Of a DNA stretch of 64,000 nt, positions 43,194 through 54,900 are shown piece by piece. Where the stretch lies: the NCBI GenBank assembly GCA_018697675.1, contig JABINC010000075.1, forward strand, positions 7,496 through 71,495. The letters are read 5' to 3'. The notes under the pieces are model-generated. The model saw only the letters and a program-made list of their open reading frames with translations. It had not been told where the DNA came from and ran no database searches. This DNA comes from Candidatus Peregrinibacteria bacterium. GTDB taxonomy: Bacteria; Patescibacteriota; Gracilibacteria; UBA1369; JABINC01. The translations under genes and the position numbers were made by a program. Position 1 is the stretch's first letter. Every line of letters begins with the position of its first letter.

Positions 43194-45248
43194 ATGACGA
43201 AAGACGATAATTGCAAAGGTGAAACAGAGAAATTATTCAAACTTGTGAGTCCATTTGAGCCGGCGGGTGACCAACCGCAGGCTATTGAGCAGCTGACGAG
43301 GGGGCTCAATAAAGGGGTGAAGGATCAGATTCTACTTGGAGTTACTGGAAGTGGAAAAACTTTCACAATGGCGCAGGTTATTAATAAAATCCAGAAGCCA
43401 ACTCTGATTTTGGCGCACAATAAAACTTTGGCGGCGCAGCTTTGCTCTGAGTTTCAAGAATTTTTCCCTGAAAATGCGGTGAGTTATTTTGTATCTTATT
43501 ATGATTATTATCAGCCGGAGGCTTATCTTCCGGTGAGTGATACATATATTGCGAAAGACGCTTCGATAAATGATGAAATTAACAAATATCGACATACTGC
43601 GACGATGAATCTCCTTACTCGAAAAGATGTAATTATCATTGCTTCGGTCTCTTGTATTTATGGGCTGGGATCTGTTCAGGATTATAAGGCTCTGGCGATT
43701 ACTTTGAAAGTAGGTGAGATGATGAAACGAGACACACTTCTTCGTCGACTTACTGATATTCAATACACTCGCTCGGGGAACGACTTCAAGCCGGGCATGT
43801 TTCATGTACTTGGTGATGTTGTCGAGATTTTTCCGCCGAGTAGTGATGACTATGTTTATAGGCTCGAATTCTTTGGAGATGAGATCGAAAATATTGTAGA
43901 AGCAGATAGTTTTACAGGAGAGGTTAGAGCAGAACTTTCTGAGACGACTATTTTTCCGGCGAAGCATTCTGTAACCACAGAAGAAAAAGTCAAAGGTGCG
44001 ATAGAAGGAATTCAGGCTGAATTATTTGAACGTCATGCGCAGCTTCTTGAAATTGGAAAGGCTTTAGAAGCGGAAAGGCTCAAAACTCGTACCGAATATG
44101 ATATCGATATGCTTCGTGAAACTGGATATGTGACTGGGATTGAAAATTACGTTCGATATTTTGATTACAATGGAGAAGAGGGTAGGCGGCCGACAACTTT
44201 GATGGATTATTTTTCTGATGATTTTTTACTTTTTATAGATGAGTCTCATATCACGGTTCCGCAAATTGGTGGAATGCATGGTGGGAATTATTCTCGGAAA
44301 AAAACTTTGGTGGAGCATGGATTTAGGATGCCATCATCTTTTGATAATCGTCCGTTGAATTTTCCAGAATTTGAAAAATTTATGAATAGGGCGGTTTATG
44401 TTTCGGCGACTCCTAGCAAATATGAATATGCACATACTTTGCAGGAAAATATTGCCGAGCAGATTGTTCGGCCGACTGGACTTATAGATCCGGAGGTAAA
44501 AGTAAAATCTTCGAATGGACAGATAGATGATATAAAAAAAGAGATCTCTGAGACGATTTCTCGAGGCGAGCGGGTACTTATTACCACTTTGACCAAAAAA
44601 TCTGCTGAGAGGCTCACTGAATATCTCGTTGAAGGAGGGATCAAGGTTCGTTATCTACATTCGGATATTGATACGATGGAGCGAATTGAAATTCTGCGCG
44701 ATCTTCGTCTTGGAAAATTTGACGTACTAGTTGGGATCAATCTTCTGCGTGAAGGACTGGATCTTCCTGAGGTTTCGTTCATTGCGATTTTGGATGCCGA
44801 TAAGCAAGGATTTTTGCGTTCGACATCAGCTCTTATTCAAACTATTGGACGGTGTGCTCGTAATGTGAGTGGTCATGTGACGATGTACTCTTCCGAAGTT
44901 GAAGAAGATGGAAAGACTCATCTCAAAATTACCCCTGCGATGCGAGAAGCTCTGGATGAAACTGATCGTCGTCGTATGATTCAGGTAGCTCATAATACCA
45001 AGCATAATATAACCCCGGAGACGATCAAAAAGGCCGTTAGGGATATTACAATCGGTGGAGCTACGAAGCTTCGTACCAAGAAACGTGATAAACAAAAAAT
45101 TCCAAAAGAAGAAATCGCTCGTTACATCACATCTCTCGAAGCGGAGATGGATATCGCTTCTCTAAACATGCAGTTCGAAAAAGCAGCCGACCTCCGTGAT
45201 GAGATTGACACTTTGAAACAGGAGAATGGGATGCTTGGGGTGCTTTAA
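43194..45248 (+). CDS. uvrB: Excinuclease ABC subunit B
   Basis: 684 aa. Walker A GVTGSGKTF, beta-hairpin region YYDYYQPEAY, and a C-terminal UVR domain. Confidence 0.95.
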   Translation: MTKDDNCKGETEKLFKLVSPFEPAGDQPQAIEQLTRGLNKGVKDQILLGVTGSGKTFTMAQVINKIQKPTLILAHNKTLAAQLCSEFQEFFPENAVSYFVSYYDYYQPEAYLPVSDTYIAKDASINDEINKYRHTATMNLLTRKDVIIIASVSCIYGLGSVQDYKALAITLKVGEMMKRDTLLRRLTDIQYTRSGNDFKPGMFHVLGDVVEIFPPSSDDYVYRLEFFGDEIENIVEADSFTGEVRAELSETTIFPAKHSVTTEEKVKGAIEGIQAELFERHAQLLEIGKALEAERLKTRTEYDIDMLRETGYVTGIENYVRYFDYNGEEGRRPTTLMDYFSDDFLLFIDESHITVPQIGGMHGGNYSRKKTLVEHGFRMPSSFDNRPLNFPEFEKFMNRAVYVSATPSKYEYAHTLQENIAEQIVRPTGLIDPEVKVKSSNGQIDDIKKEISETISRGERVLITTLTKKSAERLTEYLVEGGIKVRYLHSDIDTMERIEILRDLRLGKFDVLVGINLLREGLDLPEVSFIAILDADKQGFLRSTSALIQTIGRCARNVSGHVTMYSSEVEEDGKTHLKITPAMREALDETDRRRMIQVAHNTKHNITPETIKKAVRDITIGGATKLRTKKRDKQKIPKEEIARYITSLEAEMDIASLNMQFEKAADLRDEIDTLKQENGMLGVL

Positions 45249-45868
45249 GCAGTCTTCGCTTTCACAATCATAGAGACGATTTTTTCCATTCGGGATTTTT
45301 CGTTGAGGGCTTGTTCAATGAATTTCATTGTGTCCTCTAGGTTTGGAATCATTACATGTTCTAGAGCGTTTACTCTTCGGCGGGTTTTTTCGAGCTCTGC
45401 GGCCATGCGTTCTGCCTTCTTTTCAATTGCTGCGAGTTTGACTAGCGTTGGAAGAAATTCTTTTAATTTTGCGAGTCCTGTATCGAGGTCTCCAGTTGTA
45501 TGTAGAAATCCGTAGGTTCCTTTGTCTTCAGAAAACTTAGCTTCCATCTCAGCAATTTTTACACTCATAATGTTTTTCACTTCAACAGCTAGAGATGCTG
45601 TCATAGTTGGTTTGAGTAGAGCTGCTTCTATGAATTCTGGGTGGGAAGTAGATGCCGAAGCGAGTAGAAGACGTGTGAAAACTTCTCCAAGATTAGCTTC
45701 CGCTTCTTCTCTGAGACGCTTTGCTTCACGGATTATTTCCATGAAAGCCTGCATCAAACCCTCTTGTTTGTCGTTTAGGAGCTTGTGACCTTTTTTGGCA
45801 CGCTTAGCTTTATTTTTAAGCTCTAGTAGCGCCATTTTGGTCGGACTGTATCCTGCGAGTATAGCCAC
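45245..45868 (-). CDS. atpD: V/A-type ATP synthase subunit D
   Basis: 207-aa coiled-coil central-stalk protein, last gene of the operon. GTG start. Overlaps the uvrB stop by 4 nt. Confidence 0.85.
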   Translation of the reverse strand: MAILAGYSPTKMALLELKNKAKRAKKGHKLLNDKQEGLMQAFMEIIREAKRLREEAEANLGEVFTRLLLASASTSHPEFIEAALLKPTMTASLAVEVKNIMSVKIAEMEAKFSEDKGTYGFLHTTGDLDTGLAKLKEFLPTLVKLAAIEKKAERMAAELEKTRRRVNALEHVMIPNLEDTMKFIEQALNEKSRMEKIVSMIVKAKTA

Positions 45869-45901
45869 TGTGATTAAAGTTAAATATATTTATTTTTTAG
45901 A

Positions 45902-45984
45902 GTTGACTCGTGTTCGTCTGTAATTTCTTTTACGCTTGTCGTCTGTCGCTCGCGTAGAAATTACGACTTAACAGCTTCGTCAAC
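45902..45984 (-). other. Intercistronic long stem-loop (B-D junction), 5' arm inside the end of the B gene
   Basis: On the mRNA, GUUGAC...UCGUAAUUUCU ACGC..GCGU AGAAAUUAC..GACGA..GUCAAC. There is a 9-bp perfect inner stem, and the outer GUUGAC/GUCAAC pairing is shared with the other two elements. Confidence 0.45.
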
Positions 45985-47364
45985 GGGTAGATACTTGTCA
46001 ATTAACTCATCCTTAATACGTTTCAATTCTGAACGTGGGAAGATAGATAGAAGCTTCCAACCATGATCTAGTGAGTCGGATACCATTCGGTCTGTTTCAC
46101 CTTGAGAAACGTAAATTTCTTCAAATTTGTCAGCGAATTTTAGGTATTTTCGGTCGATGTCTGAAAGTGAACTTTCACCCAAGATTACTGCTAGCTCACG
46201 CATTTCTAAACCGTATGCATATGCTGCAAATAGCTGTGCTATCACACCTTTGTGATCCTCACGAGTCTTACCTTCACCTTGTCCATTACCCATCAAACGA
46301 GATAGAGATGGAAGAACTGAAACCGGTGGATATAGCCCCTTTTTGTGAAGGTCACGTCCAAGTACAATTTGTCCCTCGGTGATGTATCCTGTTAGGTCAA
46401 TAATCGGATGAGTAATATCGTCATTTGGCATGGTCATTACTGGGATCTGAGTTACAGTTCCTTTTTTGCCACGTAGACGTCCTGCTCGTTCGTATAGTGT
46501 AGATAGGTCAGTGTACATGTAACCTGGGAAACCTGCACGACCTGGCACCTCTTTACGAGCCGCAGAGATCTCACGAAGGGCCTCACAGTAGTTTGTTACA
46601 TCAGTGTAAATTACAAGTACGTGCATACCTTTTTCAAATGCCAAGTACTCAGCGGTTGTCAGAGCAAGTCGCGGAGTCGCGATACGCTCAACCACTGGAT
46701 TGTCTGCGGTGTTGATGAATAGAACTGAATTTTCGATCGCTCCAGTTCGTTTAAATTCTTCGATAAAGTACTGAGCTTCTTCGAATGGAACTCCCATCGC
46801 TGCAAATACGATTGCGAAGTTTCCACCTCCTTCTCCATCTGCGCTGATAACCGTTGCCTGACGTGCAATCTGTGCAGCTAGCTTGTTATGTGGTAAACCT
46901 GATCCTGAGAAAATAGGAAGTTTTTGTCCACGTACAAGTGTGTTTAGTGCATCGATTGTAGAAATACCAGTTTGAATAAAGTCATCTGGCATCTCACGAG
47001 AAGCTGGATTCATAGGTGCACCGTTGATGTCGATTTTTTTCTCTGGAATGATATCTGGACCACCATCGATAGGTACTCCACGTCCGCTGAACGTGCGTCC
47101 AAGCAGATCTTCTGATACTCCAAATTGGAAAGTTTCTCCTAGGAATTTTGCTTTTGCATTTAGTGTTGCAGCCCCTTGAGGAGATTCGAAAAGCTGTACT
47201 ACAGCTAACCCCTCTTGAGATTCCAATACTTTTCCTAAACGAACTTTCCCATCATCTGTCCGGATTTCTACGAGTTCTTCGTAGCTTACCGGCTCATCAT
47301 TTGGAAGCTCTACGAATGCGAGAGGTCCAACGATGTCTCTTACAGTTTTATATTCTTTTTGCAT
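45961..47364 (-). CDS. atpB: V/A-type ATP synthase subunit B
   Basis: 467 aa, non-catalytic nucleotide-binding subunit (SGSGLPHN...). Strong C-ending codon preference (TAC, TTC, ATC, CGT). Confidence 0.95.
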   Translation of the reverse strand: MQKEYKTVRDIVGPLAFVELPNDEPVSYEELVEIRTDDGKVRLGKVLESQEGLAVVQLFESPQGAATLNAKAKFLGETFQFGVSEDLLGRTFSGRGVPIDGGPDIIPEKKIDINGAPMNPASREMPDDFIQTGISTIDALNTLVRGQKLPIFSGSGLPHNKLAAQIARQATVISADGEGGGNFAIVFAAMGVPFEEAQYFIEEFKRTGAIENSVLFINTADNPVVERIATPRLALTTAEYLAFEKGMHVLVIYTDVTNYCEALREISAARKEVPGRAGFPGYMYTDLSTLYERAGRLRGKKGTVTQIPVMTMPNDDITHPIIDLTGYITEGQIVLGRDLHKKGLYPPVSVLPSLSRLMGNGQGEGKTREDHKGVIAQLFAAYAYGLEMRELAVILGESSLSDIDRKYLKFADKFEEIYVSQGETDRMVSDSLDHGWKLLSIFPRSELKRIKDELIDKYLPVDEAVKS

Positions 47365-47414
47365 AGGTTGTAAATAAAATTATATTGTTATATTTTTAAT
47401 TTTTTTCATTTTCG

Positions 47415-47464
47415 GTTGACTCGTTCTCGTCTCTGACACAGTCATGACTCGAACTTCCCCAACT
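47415..47464 (-). other. Intercistronic stem-loop (A-B junction)
   Basis: Begins 1 nt after the A stop codon. Helices GUUG/CAAC, GUUC/GAAC, GUC/GAC, UGAC/GUCA. Covaries with the K-E element. Confidence 0.5.
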
Positions 47465-47465
47465 G

Positions 47466-49226
47466 TTAAGCCAAGCTTGTGATTCCGCTTTGTAGTCTGT
47501 TTTGCAGATCTTCGAATTGCTCATCCTCGTCCAAGTCTTTTACCTTTGGAATTTCTTTTACTGCATCTAGGTTTTTCAATGCTTCCATATCAAACTCTTC
47601 ATTTTCAACTAATTCTTGAGCCGCTTTGTATACGGTTAGAATTGTTTTTAACATTTGATATTGTTTCTTGAGCGGAGTTCTAGCATCTTTTGCATCAAAT
47701 GAGTTTTGATACAGGTAGTCCTCACGAAGCATCTTTGAAACCATCAAAATAAGCTGCTCTTTTCCTGAGAGTGAATCAGCTCCAACAAGACGTACAAGCT
47801 CTTCTAGTTTTGCTTCTTGTTGTAGAAGGTCCATAGCAAGATTTCTGTATTCTGGCTGGTCCTCTGCGACTTCACGCCTCATGTAGCCTTCAACATTGTC
47901 TTGATAAAGAGAGTAGGAAGTTAGCCAGTTGATCGCAGGGTAGTGACGAGAGTATGCGAGCTTAGAATCAAGTCCCCAGAATACTTTCACTACACGAAGT
48001 GTGTTTTGTGTAACCGGCTCAGAGAAGTCTCCACCTGGAGGTGATACCGCTCCGATAACTGTTAGTGATCCTTTTCGATCTTCTGCCCCGAGACAATCAA
48101 CGTAACCTGCACGTTCGTAGAATGCTGCAATACGAGAAGCGAGGTAAGCAGGGTAACCTTCCTCACCAGGCATTTCTTCTAGACGTCCTGACATCTCACG
48201 CATCGCCTCTGCCCAACGAGAAGTTGAGTCGGCCATGAGTGCAACATCGTAACCCATGTCTCGGTAGTACTCTGCAATTGTGATACCTGTATATACAGAT
48301 GCCTCACGAGCTGCTACCGGCATGTTAGAAGTATTTGCAATTAGGATTGTTCGTTTCATAAGTGGTTCTCCCGTGTTCGGATCTTCAAGATGCGGGAATT
48401 CAACAAGCACCTCAGTCATCTCGTTACCACGCTCTCCACATCCGATGTAGACGATGATTTGCGCATCACAGTACTTAGCAAGTGTTTGCTGAGTCACTGT
48501 TTTACCTGCACCAAATGGTCCAGGAATTGCTGCCGCTCCACCTTTTGTAAGAGTGAAGAATGTATCGATTGATCGTCCTCCAGATACTAGAGGAATTGAT
48601 GGAATGTTTTTCTTCTTAATTGGTCTTGGAATACGAATTGGCCATTTTTGTACCATTGTTACTTTATGTTTTTCCCCGTCTTCGTCTTTTAGAACAGCAA
48701 CTACTTCATCAATTGTCATTGAACCTGAGTTAACTTCTTCTACTGTAGCTTTTGAGATTCCTGCTGGAACCATGATTTTGTGCTCGATAAGAGTTGTTTC
48801 TTGAACAGTTCCAAGTACGTCACCAGCCTCTACAGCTTGCCCTTTTGAAGCCACCGCTTTGTAATCCCATTTTTTATCATGATCTAGTCCAGGTACTTCA
48901 ACTCCACGTGTGATAAATGGCCCTACCTTTGCCTCAATAGCCGAAAGAGGACGTTGAATACCGTCATAAATACTTTGAAGCAGTCCAGGTCCGAGTTCCA
49001 CAGAAAGAGTATTTCCAGTTCGTTCTACCGGCTCACCTGGGGCAACCCCACTAGTTTCTTCGTAAACCTGTATTGAAGCTGAGTCGCCTTCAAGTCGGAT
49101 AACCTCTCCAACGAGATGCTCCCTCCCAACTCTAACTACCTCGTACATTTTTGCGCCTTCCATACCTTTGGCAACGACCAGAGGTCCAGAGACTTTAATA
49201 ATTTTTCCTGTTTTGAGCTTTTCCAT
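47466..49226 (-). CDS. atpA: V/A-type ATP synthase catalytic subunit A
   Basis: 586 aa. Walker [10 protein letters not shown] and the non-homologous insert typical of A subunits. Confidence 0.95.
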   Translation of the reverse strand: MEKLKTGKIIKVSGPLVVAKGMEGAKMYEVVRVGREHLVGEVIRLEGDSASIQVYEETSGVAPGEPVERTGNTLSVELGPGLLQSIYDGIQRPLSAIEAKVGPFITRGVEVPGLDHDKKWDYKAVASKGQAVEAGDVLGTVQETTLIEHKIMVPAGISKATVEEVNSGSMTIDEVVAVLKDEDGEKHKVTMVQKWPIRIPRPIKKKNIPSIPLVSGGRSIDTFFTLTKGGAAAIPGPFGAGKTVTQQTLAKYCDAQIIVYIGCGERGNEMTEVLVEFPHLEDPNTGEPLMKRTILIANTSNMPVAAREASVYTGITIAEYYRDMGYDVALMADSTSRWAEAMREMSGRLEEMPGEEGYPAYLASRIAAFYERAGYVDCLGAEDRKGSLTVIGAVSPPGGDFSEPVTQNTLRVVKVFWGLDSKLAYSRHYPAINWLTSYSLYQDNVEGYMRREVAEDQPEYRNLAMDLLQQEAKLEELVRLVGADSLSGKEQLILMVSKMLREDYLYQNSFDAKDARTPLKKQYQMLKTILTVYKAAQELVENEEFDMEALKNLDAVKEIPKVKDLDEDEQFEDLQNRLQSGITSLA

Positions 49227-49247
49227 ATTTTTGAATTAAGTTGTTTT

Positions 49248-49598
49248 TTATAAAATGTTACTTCCAATAGCTTTCTCTACTATTTTTCCGAGTTTCTTCA
49301 TTCCAAGTCCTGTAGATCCTTGTACTCCTGGGATAGTCAGAATTGCTGGAAGCATTCCTTCCGAAAGACGTTTCATGTCATCTTCTGGGAAGTGAGTAGC
49401 TAGGTCTTCGGTTACCATGATGATTGCGTAACGTGGAATATCTTCATTGTCAGAATCTTTTACAGTTTCGTTTTTTAGTTCTTTTATGGCAGTTAAGGCT
49501 TCTTCGCTTGTGGTAGCACTTACTGCTGTTATGCCGATTGCTTTGAATCCTAGAATTACATCTTTTTGACCGATGATGGCGATTGAATAATTGTTCAT
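49248..49598 (-). CDS. atpF: V/A-type ATP synthase subunit F
   Basis: 116 aa. Size, position and IAIIGQKD...GFKAIGI pattern. Confidence 0.75.
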   Translation of the reverse strand: MNNYSIAIIGQKDVILGFKAIGITAVSATTSEEALTAIKELKNETVKDSDNEDIPRYAIIMVTEDLATHFPEDDMKRLSEGMLPAILTIPGVQGSTGLGMKKLGKIVEKAIGSNIL

Positions 49599-49599
49599 A

Positions 49600-50634
49600 T
49601 TAATACAATTTTCTTATATGTTTTCTAATAATTTCAGGGTCTATCTTTGAGATTTTTGATAGAAGGATTAGTCGGATAATCTGAGCTGTGTTATTTTTTG
49701 CCCAGAAAAATGCGATCAATGGAGCGATTCCATAAGTAACCGATTTGGCAGTTCGAATAAAATCTGTAACGTGATTTTTTGTAAGTTCTTCTAGAGTTGC
49801 AATTGTTTTTGAAGTCTCACATTCTTCGGCGATGCGTTGACCGATTGCTTTGTAATGAGTTTCTTTCAGACCATTTGGAATTTCTGTAATACTTTTTCCT
49901 GCAAGTACTGAAAGCTCAAATTTATCGAGAAGACCTCCTGCAGCAAAAACTTTTTTGATTTCTTCTGGCTCGGTGTTTTTCAACTTCATGCGGAACAAAG
50001 AACCAATGTTGAATAGGTCGATGTTTTTGACGGCAAATTCGGTCAGGAATTGATCTCTGGATCGAATGGCTATATCGAGAGCAAGCTCCAAGTATAATTT
50101 ATCTAAAATTAAATCAATGATTTGAAAATCTTCATCTTTTGCATAGGTCGTTTCAACAAGGCGGATTGTTTCTACAAAACGCTCTGTGTGTCCCTCGAAT
50201 TCAGTATCTGGAAAGCTAGTTCCTTCTGTTCGGAAGTAGGCTTTTAACTTCTCTAAATCAAGACTTCCAAGCGAACTCAAAAGTTTATCTAGATCTTCTT
50301 CCCATATTTTCTCCACCTTACCCTTTAAAAGGGTTTTTATATTGTGAATGTCATAAAAATACCAAAGGATATTTAGGAATTCCGACTGTGGTGAGATTTT
50401 TTTCAACATCACCGCTGTCTCGAGGAGTTCTGCATCAATTACTTCTTGGAACTGATCCATTTTATCGATGTCGAGAGTATGATTTGAATATCCTGTTTCA
50501 TTTAGAATTTTGAATGCTTCTTTTACATCTGAAACACCAATCATACGTTCTATTTCATTTTCATTGAGCATTCTTGCTTCTTGAGAACGAATTCTTCCGA
50601 GCGCGTGCGCGAATTGTGTGTCGTTTAAGGTCAT
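49600..50634 (-). CDS. atpC: V/A-type ATP synthase subunit C (d)
   Basis: 344-aa helical protein, called by operon position between E and F. Confidence 0.7.
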   Translation of the reverse strand: MTLNDTQFAHALGRIRSQEARMLNENEIERMIGVSDVKEAFKILNETGYSNHTLDIDKMDQFQEVIDAELLETAVMLKKISPQSEFLNILWYFYDIHNIKTLLKGKVEKIWEEDLDKLLSSLGSLDLEKLKAYFRTEGTSFPDTEFEGHTERFVETIRLVETTYAKDEDFQIIDLILDKLYLELALDIAIRSRDQFLTEFAVKNIDLFNIGSLFRMKLKNTEPEEIKKVFAAGGLLDKFELSVLAGKSITEIPNGLKETHYKAIGQRIAEECETSKTIATLEELTKNHVTDFIRTAKSVTYGIAPLIAFFWAKNNTAQIIRLILLSKISKIDPEIIRKHIRKLY

Positions 50635-51188
50635 TAGTTGAATAACTTATATGCTACGTCTGTCTCGAGTTTTCCTCGAAGTGAAGAAACTAAAGTTTCG
50701 AAAGAGAGATCAATTTCTACGTCATCTGTTATGATGATACATCCTCCTGTGAAGGTTCCTTCAGATACTACTTTGTAGTCTTTTTTTGTTTTTTTAAGAG
50801 CGTCTGTAGTTTCCGAAGTCTTACCTTTGGCTGCGATTACAGTCGCTTTTGACAGGTCGATATTTTTCAGGAGTTTTGCCAAAACATCTACGTAATCTTT
50901 TGAAGATGCCAATTTAGCAATCGCTTCTTCAAATGCAATATTTAACGCCTCTCTTTTTGCTCTGAGAATCATGGTTTTACGCTCCATGTTCTTGTGAGCT
51001 TCTGTTTTTTTCTCAATGCTTTTCCCTTTTTCTTCAACTCTTACCTTGTAGTTTTCTTTTAGATTCTCTTTTCTTTTTTCATGCTCTTCGGAAAGTTTCG
51101 TAAGAGCCTTTCCTAGCGCAGCTTCCAATTCTTGGATAGCCTTGTTCTTTTCAGCATCGATATCATTTATGATGTCTTGAATTGTCAT
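50634..51188 (-). CDS. atpE: V/A-type ATP synthase subunit E
   Basis: 184 aa. N-terminal coiled coil plus C-terminal globular part. Called by operon position. Confidence 0.7.
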   Translation of the reverse strand: MTIQDIINDIDAEKNKAIQELEAALGKALTKLSEEHEKRKENLKENYKVRVEEKGKSIEKKTEAHKNMERKTMILRAKREALNIAFEEAIAKLASSKDYVDVLAKLLKNIDLSKATVIAAKGKTSETTDALKKTKKDYKVVSEGTFTGGCIIITDDVEIDLSFETLVSSLRGKLETDVAYKLFN

Positions 51189-51271
51189 TTTTGTAGAAAT
51201 TTAATGATAATTTTTCACTGTAATTCGTGATTGTACTAATTTGTACTTTGATTCGGCATACTCTCCTTTCG

Positions 51272-51318
51272 GTTGATTTGATCTTATCTCTGACAAGTCA
51301 GGATTCGATCTTCGTCAA

Positions 51319-51319
<1 letters not shown>
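51272..51319 (-). other. Intercistronic stem-loop (K-E junction), overlapping the K stop codon
   Basis: Helices GUUGA/UCAAC, GAUC/GAUC, GAU/AUC, CUGAC/GUCAG. Same architecture as the A-B element, with compensatory base changes. Confidence 0.5.
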
Positions 51320-51852
<533 letters not shown>

Positions 51853-51885
51853 TTATATGTTAATTGATTTGATAATTAGAATTGA

Positions 51886-53859
51886 TTATTTTTCTTGTTC
51901 TTCTAAGAGAATATAATTGCTTTCTTTTCGGAGGGGCCTAAACGGCTTTCCGCCTCCGACTAGGAATTTCGAGAAGAATTCTACGAATTGGAGACGAGCT
52001 GCGTGAATAAATGCTCCAAGTGCATTAACCACAAGGTTGAATAAATGTCCTCCGATTAAAACTATGATAACTAGGATCCATCCTATGAATGGAATACCAC
52101 TTACAAGTCCTGCAACTACGTTTACGGCAAGTCCGATAATGGCTGTTGCGAGTCCGAGTGCGAGTAGACGAGAGTAAGATAAGACGTCTCCGAAGTATCC
52201 GACTAATCCATAAAGGCTGAGGATTCCGGAAATTGCTTTTCCAGCGATACTTGGCTTGTCGCGACCTTGAGTAAGGACTAATGAGATCAGTCCTCCGTAG
52301 AGAAAGTACAATCCCAATGTTCCAATTCCAGCAGCGAGCACCCCCGCTTTCCCCATAATAACTACTGCCAATGCTATCAAAGTTGCAAACCATGTTAAAT
52401 GGTCGAGTACGGCATTCTTTTTTGAGCCATGATTATATTCACTTATAAATGCGATAAATACTCCAAATGCAACCTGCGTATAACCAACTACTAGAGAAAG
52501 TATTAGTACGGTCATTGGGTCTTCGATTGGATTGAAAATCTGCCCTATAAATTTCAAGCTTTCACCTTCACCAGTTAATAAAAATGCTGGAGCTTGGTCC
52601 GCTGTCATTCCGAACCATCCTCCATATAGAAGTCCCATTATAAAGGTGAGGATTCCTGCGTACATCAATAATTTCACAAAACTTTTAATTTGCTTTGAAA
52701 GGTTCAAATATTTGAGAACAAGTAACATAGTTATCATCATCACAAGTCCATAACCAGCATCTGTAACTGCCATTCCAAAGAATGCAATAAAGAAAATAGA
52801 GATAAATGCAGTTGGATCGTATTCACTTGGAATAGGTAGTCCATACAGAGTTGTCACGTTTTCGATTGGTTGGAGGAGTGCGTGATTTTTTAGAGCTACC
52901 GGAGATGGTTCATCAGTTTCTATTGGTATAATTGCAATCTTATTATTCGTCTTATCTCTTAGGATGTTTTCTATTTCAACAGTCTCTGCAATTGGTATCC
53001 ATCCCGAAAATGCAAAAGTCATTGCTGAATCCAAGCTGCTCTCGCATACTCCAGTTAGGTCTTTTTGCCATTTGAAATAGTCGTGAATTATCTGAACCGT
53101 TTCATAGTTTGCAGCCAGTTTTTTAAGCTCTTTTTCCATGTCTGCCAAAGTTCTTAGAGCTTCTTTTTTCTGAGTTTCAATGTTTCTGAGAGCCTCCTTA
53201 ATATTAGTTTCAACTTTTGGAAGCATTACTTCTTTTACTTTCACTTTTGTGAAAATCTCCTTAATGCGTTTTGAATATTCTTTATGATGTATCATCGACA
53301 CATAATTAGTGCTCTTTGATGAATTCACAGTCTGTATATCGATTAATGGACCAACTTCTGCCAATTCTTTTTCGAGAGTTTCCAAGTCTTTGTCACCAAT
53401 TAACAAATATGTAGCTAGGTAGCCATTGCTTTCTAAAACCTCTTTTGGAGAAATATTAGCTTTTGCCCATGGTTTTAATTCAGTCTCTGCCTGTTCGAGT
53501 AATTCAAGTGTGGTTTTTGCGTTTGAATAATTTGTTTCTAGATCTTTACAAGTCTTTGCTAGTTCTTCGTATTCGAAATTCTCAGCAACAGCTTTCGCCT
53601 TTTTCTCGTTTACCGTTATTGGCCCTTCTAGTGCGCCTCTTTTTTTCGCGAAAGGGGAGAGAAGCTTGATCACGAATTCGAGATTTGCAACCAATAAATC
53701 TAAGTCATGATTTTCTGCTGGATTTTTCCTCCAATGATCTGAGTCCAATAAAACCTCTTCTATTTGCAAAACTTCGAGATCTTGAAGCGCTTTTAACACT
53801 TTCTTTTTATCGCGTTGCATTCCTATCAGATTGACTTTTTGTAGTTTGATTACTGCCAT
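51886..53859 (-). CDS. atpI: V/A-type ATP synthase subunit I (a)
   Basis: 657 aa. Cytoplasmic coiled-coil N-half and a multi-TM C-half with the conserved Arg region (LSYSRLLALGLA). Confidence 0.85.
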   Translation of the reverse strand: MAVIKLQKVNLIGMQRDKKKVLKALQDLEVLQIEEVLLDSDHWRKNPAENHDLDLLVANLEFVIKLLSPFAKKRGALEGPITVNEKKAKAVAENFEYEELAKTCKDLETNYSNAKTTLELLEQAETELKPWAKANISPKEVLESNGYLATYLLIGDKDLETLEKELAEVGPLIDIQTVNSSKSTNYVSMIHHKEYSKRIKEIFTKVKVKEVMLPKVETNIKEALRNIETQKKEALRTLADMEKELKKLAANYETVQIIHDYFKWQKDLTGVCESSLDSAMTFAFSGWIPIAETVEIENILRDKTNNKIAIIPIETDEPSPVALKNHALLQPIENVTTLYGLPIPSEYDPTAFISIFFIAFFGMAVTDAGYGLVMMITMLLVLKYLNLSKQIKSFVKLLMYAGILTFIMGLLYGGWFGMTADQAPAFLLTGEGESLKFIGQIFNPIEDPMTVLILSLVVGYTQVAFGVFIAFISEYNHGSKKNAVLDHLTWFATLIALAVVIMGKAGVLAAGIGTLGLYFLYGGLISLVLTQGRDKPSIAGKAISGILSLYGLVGYFGDVLSYSRLLALGLATAIIGLAVNVVAGLVSGIPFIGWILVIIVLIGGHLFNLVVNALGAFIHAARLQFVEFFSKFLVGGGKPFRPLRKESNYILLEEQEK

Positions 53860-53888
53860 TTAAGAAAAGATAAAATTTTGATTGTTTT

Positions 53889-54227
53889 TTAAGATGCGAA
53901 TTCCGTTTCAAATGTTTCCAATATGATTTTTACAGCTTCGTCGGTTTGTTTTGAGGCATTGTTTTTTAGAGCCTCTGCCTCTGACATTGCCGCTTTTAAT
54001 TCACTATTTGCTTTTTCGGTAGCTTTCGCTTTGATTTCTCGAAGCTGTCCCATTCCTTCAGCTTTAAGTCCTTCTTCATATTCTTTCAACTCGGTTTCTT
54101 TCGCTAATTTGGCTTCAGCAAGAGCTTCAGCGTTTTTGTGAGCTTTGCGTTCAATATCTTTTTCTGCCGACCCCTCAGTGTTCTGAATCTGAGCAAATGG
54201 ATCTGAATGTGTACTTGTGTCGTTCAT
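53889..54227 (-). CDS. Small coiled-coil protein, probable peripheral-stalk subunit (G/H-like)
   Basis: 112 aa, A/E/K-rich helix. First gene of the ATPase operon. Confidence 0.45.
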   Translation of the reverse strand: MNDTSTHSDPFAQIQNTEGSAEKDIERKAHKNAEALAEAKLAKETELKEYEEGLKAEGMGQLREIKAKATEKANSELKAAMSEAEALKNNASKQTDEAVKIILETFETEFAS

Positions 54228-54313
54228 AGTGTGTAATTATTGAAAAGTGTTTTATTTATGCCGTTTTTTGTACTTTTTATCTTAAAAAAGTGATCTTGAT
54301 TTTGACCGGCGAA

Positions 54314-54342
54314 ATTTTAGTGACGGCAAGTTTAAATGTCAA
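54314..54342 (-). promoter_or_regulatory. Near-consensus sigma70 promoter of the V/A-ATPase operon
   Basis: Minus-strand TTGACA (54337-54342), 17-nt spacer, TAAAAT (54314-54319). About 85 nt upstream of the first ATG. Confidence 0.5.
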
Positions 54343-54395
54343 TGGTAAAAAAATAGAATTCATTGTATAGTAATGCCCCTTAACATAGCCAAATT

Positions 54396-54824
54396 ATGAA
54401 TAAAATCTACCTCTGCCTGGGGTCAAATTTGGGTGACAAATCCGGGAATCTTGGTAAAGCTCGTTTTCTACTCGAAGAAAATGGTTTAAAAATCGTAAAA
54501 GACTCTTCTATTCTTGAAACCGAACCTTGGGGGATTGAGTCTCAGCCAAATTTTCTAAATCAAGTTTTGAAAGTTGAATTTTCCGCTAGTTTTAGAGGGG
54601 AAAGGTCATCTTATGCCCTGCTCTACATATGCCAACAGGTAGAAAAAACTATGGGAAAAACCATGAAAGGAGATGAAAATTATACGCAATGGGGAGAAAG
54701 AATTATAGATATCGATATTTTGCAGTATGAGGACACTATAAGCTGGGATCCAGACCTGATTTTACCTCACCACACTTTCGAAAAAGAGTATGTAAAAGCT
54801 CTAATTAAAGAGCTCTCGAGCTGA
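54396..54824 (+). CDS. folK: 2-amino-4-hydroxy-6-hydroxymethyldihydropteridine diphosphokinase (HPPK)
   Basis: 142 aa. YLCLGSNLGD, ETEPWG, IDIDIL and LPHH motifs. Confidence 0.85.
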   Translation: MNKIYLCLGSNLGDKSGNLGKARFLLEENGLKIVKDSSILETEPWGIESQPNFLNQVLKVEFSASFRGERSSYALLYICQQVEKTMGKTMKGDENYTQWGERIIDIDILQYEDTISWDPDLILPHHTFEKEYVKALIKELSS

Positions 54825-54832
54825 TTTTTAAT

Positions 54833-54860
54833 TTGACATGTTCGCTCAGAATGGTATTAT
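54833..54860 (+). promoter_or_regulatory. Extended -10 promoter of the 54901 orphan gene
   Basis: TTGACA (54833-54838), 16-nt spacer, TATTAT (54855-54860) preceded by TGG. Confidence 0.5.
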
Positions 54861-54900
54861 CCCCTCTCGATTATATTAATTATTTTTAACTTATTTTTTT

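Noticed and set aside
43332-43967. 211-aa minus-strand ORF inside uvrB, and similar antisense ORFs inside prs, rpe, the ATPase genes, the Fic region, etc.
   Set aside because: They lie entirely within genes that have unambiguous conserved motifs on the other strand. Their compositions (R/S/I/N/K-rich) are typical of AT-rich antisense frames.
54228-54395. A regulatory RNA in the 168-nt gap between the ATPase operon and folK
   Set aside because: The gap is explained by divergent promoters, including a near-consensus TTGACA-17-TAAAAT for the ATPase operon. I saw no extended pairing.
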